Shown: piece by piece, positions 63,594-64,000 of the stretch
Position numbering within the stretch: the first letter of the stretch is position 1
Layout of the letters: every line of letters starts with the position of its first letter
Source of the DNA: Botryllus schlosseri
Lineage: Eukaryota
Direction of reading: 5' to 3'
Assembly (NCBI GenBank): GCA_051294905.1
Contig: CM119371.1
Coordinates: 40,984,001 to 41,048,000 of the forward strand
DNA: 64,000 nt
Made by a program: the position numbers and the translations under genes
The notes under the pieces: generated by a model
Database searches by the model: none
What the model saw: the letters and a program-made list of their open reading frames with translations, nothing else
What the model was told of the DNA's origin: nothing

Positions 63594-64000
63594 GAGATAA
63601 GATAATCGTCAGATTATATTTTTATCTGAACAAGACACACACAATGCGATAAGACACAATACGATGTATTCAGACTTGTACAAACTGCCCATTTAGTTAG
63701 TTGATGGTCAACTAACTAACGGTTTTTGAGTAGTTCTAGTTCTAGTTGCGGATTTTGAAAATTGAGTAGGCCTTTAGTTCTAGTCTTAGTCGCGGATATC
63801 GAAAAGTGAATATAGTTTACAGTTTTATAGTTGCAGATTTCGAAAATTTAGTAGTTCTAGTTGCACATTTGAAAAATAATAATAGTTGCCGAACAACTAG
63901 AAAACACGTGTTGTCGTTTTGCGTGAATTGCTGAGATGCCGGTGTTCTGTTGAATGATGTTTGTGCAACAATTGCTCGCTCAGAGCCATCATTGCTAACA

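Overview
AT-rich eukaryotic (probably invertebrate animal) genomic DNA with spliceosomal GT-AG introns and dense DNA-transposon debris. All exon coordinates were derived by hand. Plus strand: the 3' eight exons of an ACAD10/11-family acyl-CoA dehydrogenase ending in PTS1-like AKL, a complete 6-exon Bax inhibitor-1 (TMBIM6, 238 aa) and a complete 5-exon Rab5 (215 aa). Minus strand: two intact 4-exon MADF-BESS genes, each tail-to-tail with a dead PIF/Harbinger transposase. One is nested in an ACAD intron; both derive from a ~6.5 kb tandem duplication that also left a pseudo-copy of the last ACAD exon. Most notable: (1) a duplicated, apparently conserved alternative first coding exon of Rab5 that would swap the N-terminus and switch I; (2) a 3-exon, 103-aa single-pass membrane protein gene ending in a PDZ-type ETFV motif, invisible in the ORF track; (3) likely domestication and uneven divergence of the MADF-BESS pair; (4) a repeat family carrying a minimal hammerhead ribozyme with a possible pseudoknot; (5) heavy over-representation of TA-GGCC-TA and TA-GGC-TA motifs that behave like transposon excision footprints.
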